A stretch of 64,000 nucleotides of DNA from positions 645,141-709,140 of the forward strand of contig OZ244852.1 in the NCBI GenBank assembly GCA_965220965.1. The letters are read 5' to 3'. Below, piece by piece: positions 36,262 through 45,487 of this stretch (positions within the stretch are counted from its first letter, which is position 1; the number at the start of each line of letters is the position of its first letter). Made by a program: the position numbers and the translations under genes. A model generated the notes under the pieces. That model was not told where the DNA came from, did not search any database, and was given only the letters and a program-made list of their open reading frames with translations. This DNA comes from Candidatus Marinacidobacterium sp. (GTDB taxonomy: Bacteria > Acidobacteriota > Vicinamibacteria > Marinacidobacterales > Marinacidobacteraceae).

Positions 36262-37284
36262 TCAGTCGCGGTCCGGGCTGCTCTGTCCGGCGCGGAACTC
36301 GTCGCGGATCCGGATCACCCGGTCGAGCACCGGACCCGGAACCAGCCGGTCGCGCACCATCGGGAAGGACTTCTCGGCGAGACCCTCCCAGGCCGCGAGG
36401 AAGTCCGGCGACGCTTCGATGACCTGGAGCCCGCGTCGCTCCATCGCGGCGAGGGAGCGCTCCTCGGTCTCGCGGTTCGAGCTGCGGAACTCGGCGGCGG
36501 CGGCGTCGGCGTGACGGGTCACTACCTCGCGCTGTTCGGGGGTCAGCCGCTCCCAGCCGTTGTCGTGGATGATGAGCGCGCCCTGGAGCGGGGCCCAGCG
36601 GAGGCTGTTCATGAACCCGGCGGAGCGGTAGACCTGCGAGCCCTCGGCGAAGACGATGGGCAGCGGCGCGGCTTCGACGAGCCCGGTCTGGAACCCGCTC
36701 ACCAGCTCGACCGAATTCACCTGGACCGGATCGAAACCCGCCCACCGCAGGAGGTCCACCGCGGTCGGATCCCCGGCGGCGCCCGCGAGGCGGAGGCCCT
36801 GGAGGTCCTCGACGGTATTGACCGGCTGGCTCGAGAAGAAATGGAGCCAGCCCACGTCGGCCCAGGCGAGCGCGCGAAACCCGTGCTCCTCGAGCGCCGC
36901 GCCGATCGCCGGGTTCATGACGTCCCGCACGTGGTCCCACTCGGCGTAGTCGTCGAACACCATCGGGATCGAGAGCGTCCAGGCGCTGGCGTCGAGCTCG
37001 GCGAGCCCCACGTTCGTGACCGCCGCCATCTGGACCTGGCCGATCCGCATCTTCCGGATCATGTCGGACTCGTCGCCGGCGGATCCCCCGCTGATGATGC
37101 GGATGCGGACCTCGCCGTCGGTGTCCTTGCCGATGTCGGCCGCCATCTTGCGGAGCGTGATGTGCCAGCTCGAGCCGTTCGGCGCGAGGGTGGCGAGCCG
37201 CAGGTTCACCCGCGCCTCGACCGCGGTGGCGGCGAGGAGCAGCGCCGCCAGCGCGGCCCCGGTGATGCGGGTCCCGTTCTTCAT
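36262..37284 (-). CDS. TRAP transporter substrate-binding protein (DctP/TatP-type)
   Basis: Start ATG at 37284 (MKNGTRITGAALAALLLAATAVEA signal peptide). DctP-family fold, 340 aa. Upstream part of the listed ORF is junk. Confidence 0.8.
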   Translation of the reverse strand: MKNGTRITGAALAALLLAATAVEARVNLRLATLAPNGSSWHITLRKMAADIGKDTDGEVRIRIISGGSAGDESDMIRKMRIGQVQMAAVTNVGLAELDASAWTLSIPMVFDDYAEWDHVRDVMNPAIGAALEEHGFRALAWADVGWLHFFSSQPVNTVEDLQGLRLAGAAGDPTAVDLLRWAGFDPVQVNSVELVSGFQTGLVEAAPLPIVFAEGSQVYRSAGFMNSLRWAPLQGALIIHDNGWERLTPEQREVVTRHADAAAAEFRSSNRETEERSLAAMERRGLQVIEASPDFLAAWEGLAEKSFPMVRDRLVPGPVLDRVIRIRDEFRAGQSSPDRD

Positions 37285-37295
37285 GATGCCGTCCC

Positions 37296-38258
37296 TCACT
37301 CGTCGTCGAGGAAGTAGTCGTCGGTGCGCTCGATGAGCCACGCTGCCCTCTCCTGCGCCACGCGGTTCAGCAGCCGCGCCTCCGGAAAGCTGTGGATGTC
37401 GAAGTCGAGCGTCTGCCGCAGCAGGCGCTCGAACTCGGCCCGGTCCCCGGTGGCGATCGAGCCGCTCTCGGCCCAGTTCGCCCAAAGGACCGGATGCCGC
37501 TCGGGACCGATCTCGAGGGCGTGCTCCCACAGCTCCCGGGCCCGCTCCAGCGAGCCGCCCGGGCGGATCGCCTCGTAGAGGCTCAGGTAGTCGTAGGCCA
37601 CCCCGGCGTCCACCATCTCGTCGAGTTCCAGAACGCGCTCGAGGAGCGCGCCCATGACCGCGAGGTCGGCGGTGGCCTCGGGGTCCGCGGTGTTCATCGA
37701 GATCCACGCCCCGGTGGCGGTTCCGGTCCACAGCGCCAGCCCCGCGTCCTCTTCCTCGAGTTCGGCGGCGGCGGCCCAGGGATCCCGGCTGAGGCGCTCC
37801 CGGATGCCCGGGTGGTTGGCCTCCAGCCCCTGGAGCCCGAATTCGCGGGATCGCTCGTAGAGACGGGCGGCCCGGGCCCGGACGGCCTGCTCCTCCTCGA
37901 ACTGGGTGAAGTCCAGCTCGAACAGGTTCGGCTCCACGAAGGCGTAGGCGTAGAGCGCGAACCCCTTGGCGGCGGCGAGGAGCATGAGCCGGTGCTCGGG
38001 CTCCTGGAGGAGGAGCGACTCGACCGTCTTCAGGTTGAACGCGAGCGCCCGGCCCACGAGCTCGAGGTCGTCGTCGGAGCGATAGACGGCTTCGCCCTCG
38101 GCGAGCACCTCGGCGAGGGAGTTCACCGCGACCCCGGTCACGAGCGAACAGCCGGGGGAGAGCGCGGCGGCCAGGATCAGCGCCAGCAGCGCCGGGACTC
38201 CGGCGGCGCGCGGTGTCCGGCGGGCCCCGTTCGGGGGGAAATACGGCGCCTCGCCCAC
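37296..38258 (-). CDS. TRAP-associated TatT-like TPR lipoprotein (TPAT accessory component)
   Basis: Lipobox LSPGCS. All-helical TPR-like protein of 320 aa. Gene order tatT-dctP-dctQM matches the Treponema pallidum TatT/TatP/TatQ-M arrangement. Confidence 0.55.
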   Translation of the reverse strand: MGEAPYFPPNGARRTPRAAGVPALLALILAAALSPGCSLVTGVAVNSLAEVLAEGEAVYRSDDDLELVGRALAFNLKTVESLLLQEPEHRLMLLAAAKGFALYAYAFVEPNLFELDFTQFEEEQAVRARAARLYERSREFGLQGLEANHPGIRERLSRDPWAAAAELEEEDAGLALWTGTATGAWISMNTADPEATADLAVMGALLERVLELDEMVDAGVAYDYLSLYEAIRPGGSLERARELWEHALEIGPERHPVLWANWAESGSIATGDRAEFERLLRQTLDFDIHSFPEARLLNRVAQERAAWLIERTDDYFLDDE

Positions 38259-38351
38259 GGCCGGAAAAGGTTACTTCAACGCCGGGCGGGCCGTTGAGCG
38301 CGCCCCGTCGCCGTTCGCTCCCCGGAAGCCGGTACGCTCGCCCCGATCACC

Positions 38352-38903
38352 ATGGCTCTGCTTTCCCGTCCCGCCTTCCTTCGCTTCGCGGCTCTGGTCG
38401 CGGCTTCGGCCTTCGTCGCCCCGGGCTGCGGCCCGCCGGACCCGGGCGAAACCGCCCCGGCGCCAGTGGCCGAAAGCGCCGCGCCCGACCCGCTCCTCGG
38501 GAGCTGGCGGCCGCAGACCTACCGGATCGGCGGGGAGGAGCCCACCGAGCTGCCGGTGGATGGCCGGATCGTCTTCCTGCCCGGTTCCGGGGAAGACCCC
38601 GGCGAGTGGTCCGTGCTGTTCTTCGTGAACGACGAGGGCGGCGAGCCCCGGCGAGGTTCAGCCGAGGGCGGCCAGTGGTTCCGCGAGGGGGAGACGCTGG
38701 TGCTGACCCATGCGTGGCATCTGTCCGCGGGCGCGGCGGTGGGCCCGCTGTCCGAGGCGCCGCTACGGATGGAGCTGCGCTCCATGGAGACCGCGGCGCG
38801 CGACCACCGGGAGCCGTGCCGGGTCGGGATCGAGGGGGACGGGATGACCCTCTTCTTCCCGAGCGGGAACTCGATGTCCTTCGTCCGGATCAGCGGTCCC
38901 TGA
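38352..38903 (+). CDS. Hypothetical lipoprotein
   Basis: Lipobox FVAPGCGPP. 183 aa, beta-rich composition. Confidence 0.5.
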   Translation: MALLSRPAFLRFAALVAASAFVAPGCGPPDPGETAPAPVAESAAPDPLLGSWRPQTYRIGGEEPTELPVDGRIVFLPGSGEDPGEWSVLFFVNDEGGEPRRGSAEGGQWFREGETLVLTHAWHLSAGAAVGPLSEAPLRMELRSMETAARDHREPCRVGIEGDGMTLFFPSGNSMSFVRISGP

Positions 38904-39381
38904 CGCCCCCGCTCCGGAGAAGCAGTTCCGGGGGTTCGCGCACCGGCTCGCCTTCCGGGCTGCAGAGGCGCACCATGAGCAGGGTGGCGTCGACGACGGC
39001 GCGCATGCGAAGCGCGGCGGGATCGAGGGTGGCGAGCTGGATCTCCCTCGGCGAAAGGCCGTCTTCCACCAGCCGGGCGACGGTGTCCTCGGCGCCGTCC
39101 ACGAACTCCTCGGCGATCTGGCGGACCCGCTGATCCAGCTCCGTGGCGAGGCGGCATTCCCGCGTGAGCGGTTCCTCGGGCAACGCCTCGCGGAAGCTCT
39201 GAAGAAAGGAATCGTCCAGAACCATCCGGATGATGTTCCGATGCGCGGCCGAGGGCCCCGCCGGCTGGGAAGCCGGCCGGGCCGACTTCCCGGGGGGAGA
39301 AGGCGGCGCCGCGGCGCCCGCCGCCTCGCCGAGGGTCACCAGGGGGAATGTCGCCAGCAGAAAGGCCAGGAACCGGACCAT
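38890..39381 (-). CDS. Hypothetical secreted protein
   Basis: Signal-peptide-like N-terminus MVRFLAFLLATFPLVTLGEAAG. Convergent with the previous gene. Confidence 0.45.
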   Translation of the reverse strand: MVRFLAFLLATFPLVTLGEAAGAAAPPSPPGKSARPASQPAGPSAAHRNIIRMVLDDSFLQSFREALPEEPLTRECRLATELDQRVRQIAEEFVDGAEDTVARLVEDGLSPREIQLATLDPAALRMRAVVDATLLMVRLCSPEGEPVREPPELLLRSGGVRDR

Positions 39382-39455
39382 CGCAGTCCTCCTCGGTCCG
39401 GCGACGGCCGGACCCGATGATTCGAGTCTACCGGGCGACCTCGTCGCCCTTCCAG

Positions 39456-40871
39456 TCAGTTCTCTGGCGTTGCGAACTGGTATCCCCGGGCGCGGAGCGC
39501 CTCGATCAGCTCGGCGGGCAGCGGTTCGAGCTCCTCGCCGTCCGCGTTCTCCTGGCGCCAGGCGACCGTCTGGATCCGCCGGGTCTCGAGCTCGGCCCGC
39601 AGCGGTTCGGTGCTCATCCGGCCCTCGGCGTAGCGGTTCTCCGCCTCGTTCGGGTCGCGCACCGTGTTGAACAGCGCGAACTGGGGCTCGGGCTGTCCCG
39701 GGACCGGCACCCGCAGCATCCGGAGTCGCCCGTCGAAGATCGAGAAGAGACCGCCGTCCGTCTCCGAGTAGAGGCGACGGTGGGGGCGCGGATTCTGACC
39801 CCGGAGCGACGGGACCAGCGACGTTCCGAAGTACCCGATGGGTCGCGGATCGGGGATGGCCTGCGGCGAACCGATGAGTTCCAGCGCCGTGGGCGCAAGA
39901 TCTGCAAGGCTCACGACCCCGGGAAAGCGCACCTCCGAGGGGAGGCGGTCGGCTTCGGCGCCCGGCCAGCCGAAGACCAGCGGGACCCGCACGGTCTCGC
40001 GGAACAGGCCGCGCGGGCGATCGAAGACCGGGCCGCGCTCGCCCAGCGACTCGCCGTGGAGCCCGGCCACCACCACGAGCGTCTCCCCATCGAGGGGTCC
40101 CGCGCGCACCGCGTCGAGGATCTCGCCCACCGCGATGTCCACGCTCCGGATCGCGGCGTCGTAGCGGTCCACGCTCTCGCCGTACCCGCCGCCCGGATCC
40201 GGCGCGAGCGCCGACGCCGGGACCGGCCCGGGCCGGAGCCGGGGCGCCTCGGGCGTCAGGTTGTCGCCCCAGGACGGGTCCTCACCGGGAGGATGCGGTG
40301 GTTCTGGTCCGGCGAAGTGGAGCCACAGGAAGAGCGGCGCGGCGGTCGCGGCGGCGGAATCCGCCGGAGCCGGCGCCGTCAGGATCTCGCGCGCCATGGC
40401 CACGACCTCGGCGGACGGATCCGCCGTCTCCGCATCGAAGAACTCGCGGTACTCCGCAAAGCCCGCCGAGAATCCGAGTTGCGACGCGAGCGCCGGGTGG
40501 GTCACCGCCGCCCGGGTCCGGTAGCCGGCGGCCGACAGGAGTTCCGCGAGACCTGCGCCGGGGAGGAGCCGCGCCGGCGCCCCCCGGGTGATGCGCGCCG
40601 GGTCCATTCCGGTGAGGACGGCCGCGGCGGCGACGCCGGTCTCGGGCCAGGGAGTCACCCCCTCCGACAGGATGGCGCCGGCGGCGGCGAAGAGATCCAG
40701 CCGGGGGGTGGCGTTCCTGACGTAACCGGAGATCCCGAGGTGATCGCTCCGCAGCGAGGACACCGTGATGAGCACGAGGTTCCGCGACGGCTCGGGGACC
40801 CCGGCGTCTCCGCCGCAACCCGCGAGCGTGACGAGCGCCGTGAGCAGCGCGCTCCGCCGGAGGCCGCTCAT
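39456..40871 (-). CDS. Sulfatase-like (alkaline phosphatase superfamily) hydrolase, lipoprotein
   Basis: Start ATG at 40871 (MSGLRRSALLTALVTLAGCGG). Sulfatase N-terminal region NLVLITVSSLRSDHLG (Ser in place of the FGly Cys). 472 aa. Upstream 217 aa of the listed ORF is junk. Confidence 0.7.
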   Translation of the reverse strand: MSGLRRSALLTALVTLAGCGGDAGVPEPSRNLVLITVSSLRSDHLGISGYVRNATPRLDLFAAAGAILSEGVTPWPETGVAAAAVLTGMDPARITRGAPARLLPGAGLAELLSAAGYRTRAAVTHPALASQLGFSAGFAEYREFFDAETADPSAEVVAMAREILTAPAPADSAAATAAPLFLWLHFAGPEPPHPPGEDPSWGDNLTPEAPRLRPGPVPASALAPDPGGGYGESVDRYDAAIRSVDIAVGEILDAVRAGPLDGETLVVVAGLHGESLGERGPVFDRPRGLFRETVRVPLVFGWPGAEADRLPSEVRFPGVVSLADLAPTALELIGSPQAIPDPRPIGYFGTSLVPSLRGQNPRPHRRLYSETDGGLFSIFDGRLRMLRVPVPGQPEPQFALFNTVRDPNEAENRYAEGRMSTEPLRAELETRRIQTVAWRQENADGEELEPLPAELIEALRARGYQFATPEN

Positions 40872-41341
40872 CGGACGTTCCCCGCTCGCCGGACCTCGAT
40901 GCGCCGGGTCCCGTCGGGCTCCGGCGCGAGTTCGACCTCGAGCGCGTCGTCGCGTCGGAACCGGCCCAGCCGGTCCGGCCACTCCACAATGACCACGGCG
41001 TCTTCCTCCTCCATCTCCTCGATGCCCAGTTCCTCGAGTTCCGCCGGTTTCTCGATCCGGTAGAGATCGATGTGGTAGACCGGGCGCGCGCCCTCGGCGT
41101 AGCCCTGGACGAGGGCGAATGTCGGGCTCGTGACCTGGCGCGGGTCCACCGCGTAGTGGCGGGCGAGCCCCTTGGCGAAGACCGTCTTGCCGGCCCCCAG
41201 GGGTCCGTTCAGGTAGAACGCCCGCGCCGCGGGGAAGCGCGAGGCGAGCCGGTCGCCGGCGCGGAGCGTCTCGTCGGGATCCCGGGTGCGAAAGCGCGCC
41301 ACGACCGCGGAAGCCTCCGGCGTGGGGAGAGCCGGCGTCAT
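40868..41341 (-). CDS. tsaE: tRNA threonylcarbamoyladenosine biosynthesis protein TsaE
   Basis: P-loop GPLGAGKTVFAKG and SPTFALVQGY motif. 158 aa. 4-nt overlap with nnr. Confidence 0.8.
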   Translation of the reverse strand: MTPALPTPEASAVVARFRTRDPDETLRAGDRLASRFPAARAFYLNGPLGAGKTVFAKGLARHYAVDPRQVTSPTFALVQGYAEGARPVYHIDLYRIEKPAELEELGIEEMEEEDAVVIVEWPDRLGRFRRDDALEVELAPEPDGTRRIEVRRAGNVR

Positions 41342-42912
41342 TGCTGTTTCCTTTCCTGAAGACGTTGCATGGCGCCGCCGATCGCGGCGGCGATCTCCGA
41401 GGCGGTGACCGCGTCCGCGCCGAGCCGTCGGCTCGCCTCCGCGCCGGCCGCTCCGTGCACGAACACGGCGGCGCCCAGCGCCTCGGTGGGCGACAGGCCG
41501 CGCGCGAGAAGAGTCCCCGCGACGCCGGTGAGGACATCCCCCGAGCCGCCGGTCGCGAGCTCGGGACCGCCGGACAGGTTGACCGAAGCGGCGCCGTCCG
41601 GCGCGGCGACCAGCGTGCCCGGTCCCTTGTAGGCCACGACGCTCCCGGTGGCGCGCGCCAGCACGCGGGCCGCGGCGAGCCGGTCGGCGGGCGGGGGCGT
41701 GGCGCCCAGAAGCCGCGCCCCTTCGCCGCCGTGGGGGGTCAGCGCAAGACCTTCCCGTTCGCGCAGCTCCTCCGCCCGGCCGGCGAAGGCGTTCAGGCCG
41801 TCGGCGTCGAGCACCGCCGGGGCGGTCGTGGCCGCGACCAGGCGCCGCACCGCCTCGGCGCAGGCGTCGGATCCCCCGAGTCCCGGCCCCACCGCGAGGG
41901 CGTCGGCCCGAAAGGAACCAGCGAAGTCGCTCACCACGGCGGCCGCTTCCGGCGCCAACTGGCCATCCTCTCCGGCCGGGAGCGGGAGCCGCATGGCCTC
42001 GGGAGGCAGCCCGGTGAGCGCTTCCGACGGCCCCGCCACCGTCAGAAGCCCCACCCCCGCCGCCAGCGCCCCCCGCGCGGCGAGGGCCGCGGCGCCGGGC
42101 ATCCGGCGCGAGCCGGCGACGAGCAGCAGGCGCCCCAGCTCCCCCTTGTGGGCCCCCGGCGCCCGCGTCGGGAGGAGTTCCGCCGCCTCCGGCGCGCCGA
42201 TCGCGCGAAGCCCCTCGGGACCGGAGGAAAGCCACTGGTCCGGGATGCCGATCCGGGCGACCCGCAGTTCCCCGCACGCCGAGCTCGCCGGGAAGACGAC
42301 ATGGCACACCTTGGCGGCGGCGAGGGCGACGGTGACGTCGGCGCGGAGCGCCACCCGAGGAAGTGCGCCGCTGTCGGTGGCCAGCCCGGTGGGGATGTCC
42401 ACCGCCACCCGGGCCACGTCTTCGAACCGCGACTCCAGGTCGAGGACGACGCGTTCCAGCAGGCCCTCGAGCGGGCGGGTGACGCCGGTTCCGAGGATCG
42501 CGTCCACGATCACGTCGAGCGGCGACCCGCCGAGGGGTCTGTCGCCGAGCGCCCGGCGCCAGGCGTCCTCGTCGGGGATCTCGCGGACATCGAGCCCGAG
42601 CCGCTGCGCGGTCTCGAGGTTCGCCCGGGTGTCCGGCGCCAGCCGGTCCGCGGAGGCGAGGACGACGGCGGTCGCGGCGAGGCCCCGCTCGGCGAGCGCC
42701 CGCAGGATGACCAGGCCGTCGCCGCCGTTGCCGCCCCGTCCGCACAGGATGAGGATCCGCCCGCCGCCCCGGACGCGCTCCCGGACGAGCCCGGAAACGA
42801 CCCGCGCCGCCTCCCGCCCGGCGTTCTCCATGAGGACCCGCGAAGGGATCCCGGCCTCCTCGATCGTTCGTCGGTCCGCCTCCCGCATGCGGGCGGCGGT
42901 GAGCACGTCCAT
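41338..42912 (-). CDS. nnr: Bifunctional NAD(P)H-hydrate epimerase / ADP-dependent dehydratase
   Basis: N-terminal YjeF_N (ILCGRGGNGGDG) and C-terminal carbohydrate-kinase-like domain (LLVAGSRRMPGAAALAARGALAAGVGL...GGSGDVLTG). Confidence 0.85.
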   Translation of the reverse strand: MDVLTAARMREADRRTIEEAGIPSRVLMENAGREAARVVSGLVRERVRGGGRILILCGRGGNGGDGLVILRALAERGLAATAVVLASADRLAPDTRANLETAQRLGLDVREIPDEDAWRRALGDRPLGGSPLDVIVDAILGTGVTRPLEGLLERVVLDLESRFEDVARVAVDIPTGLATDSGALPRVALRADVTVALAAAKVCHVVFPASSACGELRVARIGIPDQWLSSGPEGLRAIGAPEAAELLPTRAPGAHKGELGRLLLVAGSRRMPGAAALAARGALAAGVGLLTVAGPSEALTGLPPEAMRLPLPAGEDGQLAPEAAAVVSDFAGSFRADALAVGPGLGGSDACAEAVRRLVAATTAPAVLDADGLNAFAGRAEELREREGLALTPHGGEGARLLGATPPPADRLAAARVLARATGSVVAYKGPGTLVAAPDGAASVNLSGGPELATGGSGDVLTGVAGTLLARGLSPTEALGAAVFVHGAAGAEASRRLGADAVTASEIAAAIGGAMQRLQERKQQ

Positions 42913-42977
42913 GAGCCCTGGGATTCTGACGGATGGGGCGCTCCGGAGCCGGGTTCGACGGGCGTACTCTTTCCGGG

Positions 42978-43949
42978 ATGACCCCGTACTTCTCCGAGGA
43001 ACTCGTCTCGGAAGCGCTGCCGATGGCCGACGCGGTCCGGGCGGTGGAGGCGGTGTTCGCCGAACTCGGCGCGGGAGGGGCTGAGAATCGTCCCCGCCAG
43101 CGGGTCCGGGTTCCCGGCCGGATGCTCCACACCATGAGCGCCGGGAGCGCCGAGCTCGGGTTCTGCGGGCTCAAGACCTACCTGACCGGACGCGACGGCG
43201 CCCGCTTCGTGGTGCTGCTGTTCGACGTCCGGACCGGTTCGCTCGCCGCGGTCATGGAGGCCGAGGCGCTCGGCCGGATCCGCACCGGCGCCGCCACCGG
43301 AGTCGCGGCGGATTACCTGGCGCCGACCGAGGCCCGCGCCTGCGGGATCGTGGGGTGCGGGTTCCAGGCCGGCGCGCAACTGGAGGCGCTCGCGGTCGTC
43401 CGTCCGCTCGAGCGGGTCGCGGCCTACTGCCGCGCGCCCGACCGGCGCCGCGCGTTCGCGGAGGAGATGAGCCGGCGTCTGGAGATCCCGGTGGCGCCCG
43501 CGCCCAGCGCGGAGGCGGCGGTCGCCGGGATGGACATCGTGGTCGCCGCCACCAGCGCCCGCGAGCCGGTGATCCATGGGGCGTGGCTCACCCCGGGAGC
43601 GTTCGTCGCCGGGATCGGGGGGAACTCGCTCCGTCGCCGCGAGCTGGACCGGGAGACGGTCCTCGGCGCCGAGCGCATCGTCGTGGACGATCTCGAGCAG
43701 GCGAAGATCGAGTGCGGGGATCTCGCCGCGGTGGTGGAGACCGGGGATCTCGCCTGGGACCGGGTCGAGACGCTCGGCGCGGTCGTGGCGGCGGGGGCGA
43801 GAGCCGCGCCTCCCGGGGGCGCGCTGTTCGAGTCCCAGGGGATCGCCGCCGAGGACATCGCCGCGGCCGCCGTCGTCTACCGGCGCGCGCTCGGCGAGGC
43901 GGTTTCCCTGCCGATCCGGGGCCTCGAGACGCCGGATACCAACCCGTAG
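42978..43949 (+). CDS. Ornithine cyclodeaminase / mu-crystallin family protein
   Basis: Rossmann GIVGCGFQAGAQLEA. OCD/mu-crystallin architecture. Start at ATG 42978 (MTPYFSEE). Confidence 0.75.
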   Translation: MTPYFSEELVSEALPMADAVRAVEAVFAELGAGGAENRPRQRVRVPGRMLHTMSAGSAELGFCGLKTYLTGRDGARFVVLLFDVRTGSLAAVMEAEALGRIRTGAATGVAADYLAPTEARACGIVGCGFQAGAQLEALAVVRPLERVAAYCRAPDRRRAFAEEMSRRLEIPVAPAPSAEAAVAGMDIVVAATSAREPVIHGAWLTPGAFVAGIGGNSLRRRELDRETVLGAERIVVDDLEQAKIECGDLAAVVETGDLAWDRVETLGAVVAAGARAAPPGGALFESQGIAAEDIAAAAVVYRRALGEAVSLPIRGLETPDTNP

Positions 43950-43958
43950 GATCGCCTC

Positions 43959-44117
43959 ATGGCGCCGCCCCTCCTGCTTTTCGGGCCGTTCGAGGCCACC
44001 GAACTGCTCGTCGCCTGGGGGGTGGCTACGCTCGTCCTCTGGGGGTCTCCGCTCGTGCTGCTCGCGCTCTGGCTCCACCGTCGACGCCGGCGCCGAACCG
44101 GTAGAATCCGGCCATGA
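43959..44117 (+). CDS. Small ORF (52 aa) that is a partial duplicate of the tatA 5' end (TatA-like TM helix)
   Basis: [52 protein letters not shown]. About 45 nt are 85% identical to the tatA start ([14 protein letters not shown]). Its TGA overlaps the tatA ATG. Below the ORF-track length cutoff. Confidence 0.3.
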   Translation: MAPPLLLFGPFEATELLVAWGVATLVLWGSPLVLLALWLHRRRRRRTGRIRP

Positions 44118-44335
44118 CCTTCCCGCTCCAGGTACCGGTCCTCCTTTTCGGACCGTTCGGCGCCACCGAGCTCCTCATCATCCTGGGGATCGTGATCCTG
44201 ATCTTCGGGGCCTCGAAGCTGCCGCAACTGGGCGCAGGTCTCGGGCAGGGGATCCGCAACTTCCGGCACTCGATGAAGACGATCACGTCGCCCGGATCGG
44301 ACGAGCCGTCGGAGGGCGAGTCGAAGAAGGAATAG
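44114..44335 (+). CDS. tatA: Twin-arginine translocase subunit TatA/E
   Basis: [50 protein letters not shown] is a canonical TatA TM helix, hinge and amphipathic helix. 73 aa. Confidence 0.85.
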   Translation: MTFPLQVPVLLFGPFGATELLIILGIVILIFGASKLPQLGAGLGQGIRNFRHSMKTITSPGSDEPSEGESKKE

Positions 44336-44394
44336 CGCTCCGAAAGCCCCACCTCCATCCGGCCGGGGCGCTTCCGGCGCGGGTGAGCGCGGCG

Positions 44395-45477
44395 TCAGAC
44401 GATGACGCGCAGGCCGTCGTGGGCCAGGTCGAAGACCGGGTCCGGGGTCTCCATCACGGCTTCCCCGGTGTGAACCAGCAGCACGCGCTTCGCCCGCAGG
44501 CGGGGAGCGGCCTCCTCGAGGTCGCGGAGGGCGGTGTGTCCGGGGAGCGGGTCCACATCGGTGCACTCGTGGATCAGCAGGTCCGCCCCGGCCGCCTCCC
44601 GGATCATCCGTGAGGTGAGCCCGGAGTCGCCCGAGGCCACGATCCGGCGTCCGCCGAGCCGCAGGGTCCACGAGAGCGCCCACCCGCCCGGCTGGTGGTC
44701 CGCGGCGAACGCGACCGCCGAGCCGCCTCCGGCGCTCTCCGGGAGCCGGACGCCCTCCCCCGGCAGGACCTCCACGATCCGGGTGGGTGATGGTGGCGTG
44801 AATCCGGGATAGAGGCACTCGCGCAGCGCGGGGAGCCGGTCCCGGGCCCCCGGGGGCGCGATGACCAGCAGCGGTTCGCTTCGCCCGGTGCGCAGCCCGT
44901 CCAGCTCGAGGAACGGGACCCCCCCGAAGTGATCCCCGTGGAAGTGGCTCAGGAGCACGGCGGCGACATCGGAGGGGGACAGGCCCTCGGCCCGCAGGCC
45001 GCCGGCGCACCCCGGTCCGGCGTCGAGCAGGATGCCGAGTCGCTGGCCCCGGACCCGGAGAAAGACGGCGGCGTTTCGCTTGCCGCCGGAGCCGAAGGCG
45101 TCGCCCGTGCCGAGGAAACGGACCTCGACGCCGTCCCCCTCGCCGGAGGCGGGGTCCGTCGCCCCCTCGGCGGCCTCCCGCTGGCAGTCGCGGCAGACGA
45201 AGGGCCGCCGCGCCTCGTCCTCGGCTTCCGGGTCGCCGACTTTCTCGCAGCGGCGGCAGCTCATCCGGGCGTCGCCGAGCGCGTCGCGACGCCGCTCGAG
45301 CAGTCCGGCGATGTGCCGGACGATCTCCTCGCGGTCCCCGGCGGCGAACAGCCGGGAGTCCTCCAGCGGGTCTTCCTCGGGCCGCCGCCGCGCCGTGACC
45401 CGGACTTCGACGGTTCGTCCCGGGTCCGCCTCGTCCTCGTCGTCGGGGTCGGCGAGGACGAGGAGCTCGAGAGACAT
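44395..45477 (-). CDS. MBL-fold metallo-hydrolase with N-terminal zinc-ribbon-like extension
   Basis: Start ATG at 45477 (MSLELLV). CxxC...CxxC (CRRCEKVG...CRDCQ) before the metallo-beta-lactamase core HFHGDH. Upstream 185 aa of the listed ORF is junk. Confidence 0.7.
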   Translation of the reverse strand: MSLELLVLADPDDEDEADPGRTVEVRVTARRRPEEDPLEDSRLFAAGDREEIVRHIAGLLERRRDALGDARMSCRRCEKVGDPEAEDEARRPFVCRDCQREAAEGATDPASGEGDGVEVRFLGTGDAFGSGGKRNAAVFLRVRGQRLGILLDAGPGCAGGLRAEGLSPSDVAAVLLSHFHGDHFGGVPFLELDGLRTGRSEPLLVIAPPGARDRLPALRECLYPGFTPPSPTRIVEVLPGEGVRLPESAGGGSAVAFAADHQPGGWALSWTLRLGGRRIVASGDSGLTSRMIREAAGADLLIHECTDVDPLPGHTALRDLEEAAPRLRAKRVLLVHTGEAVMETPDPVFDLAHDGLRVIV

Positions 45478-45487
45478 CCCGCCCGGA

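Noticed and set aside
40868-43174. 768-aa minus ORF
   Set aside because: Only the last 158 codons (tsaE) are real. The upstream part is the anti-frame of nnr.
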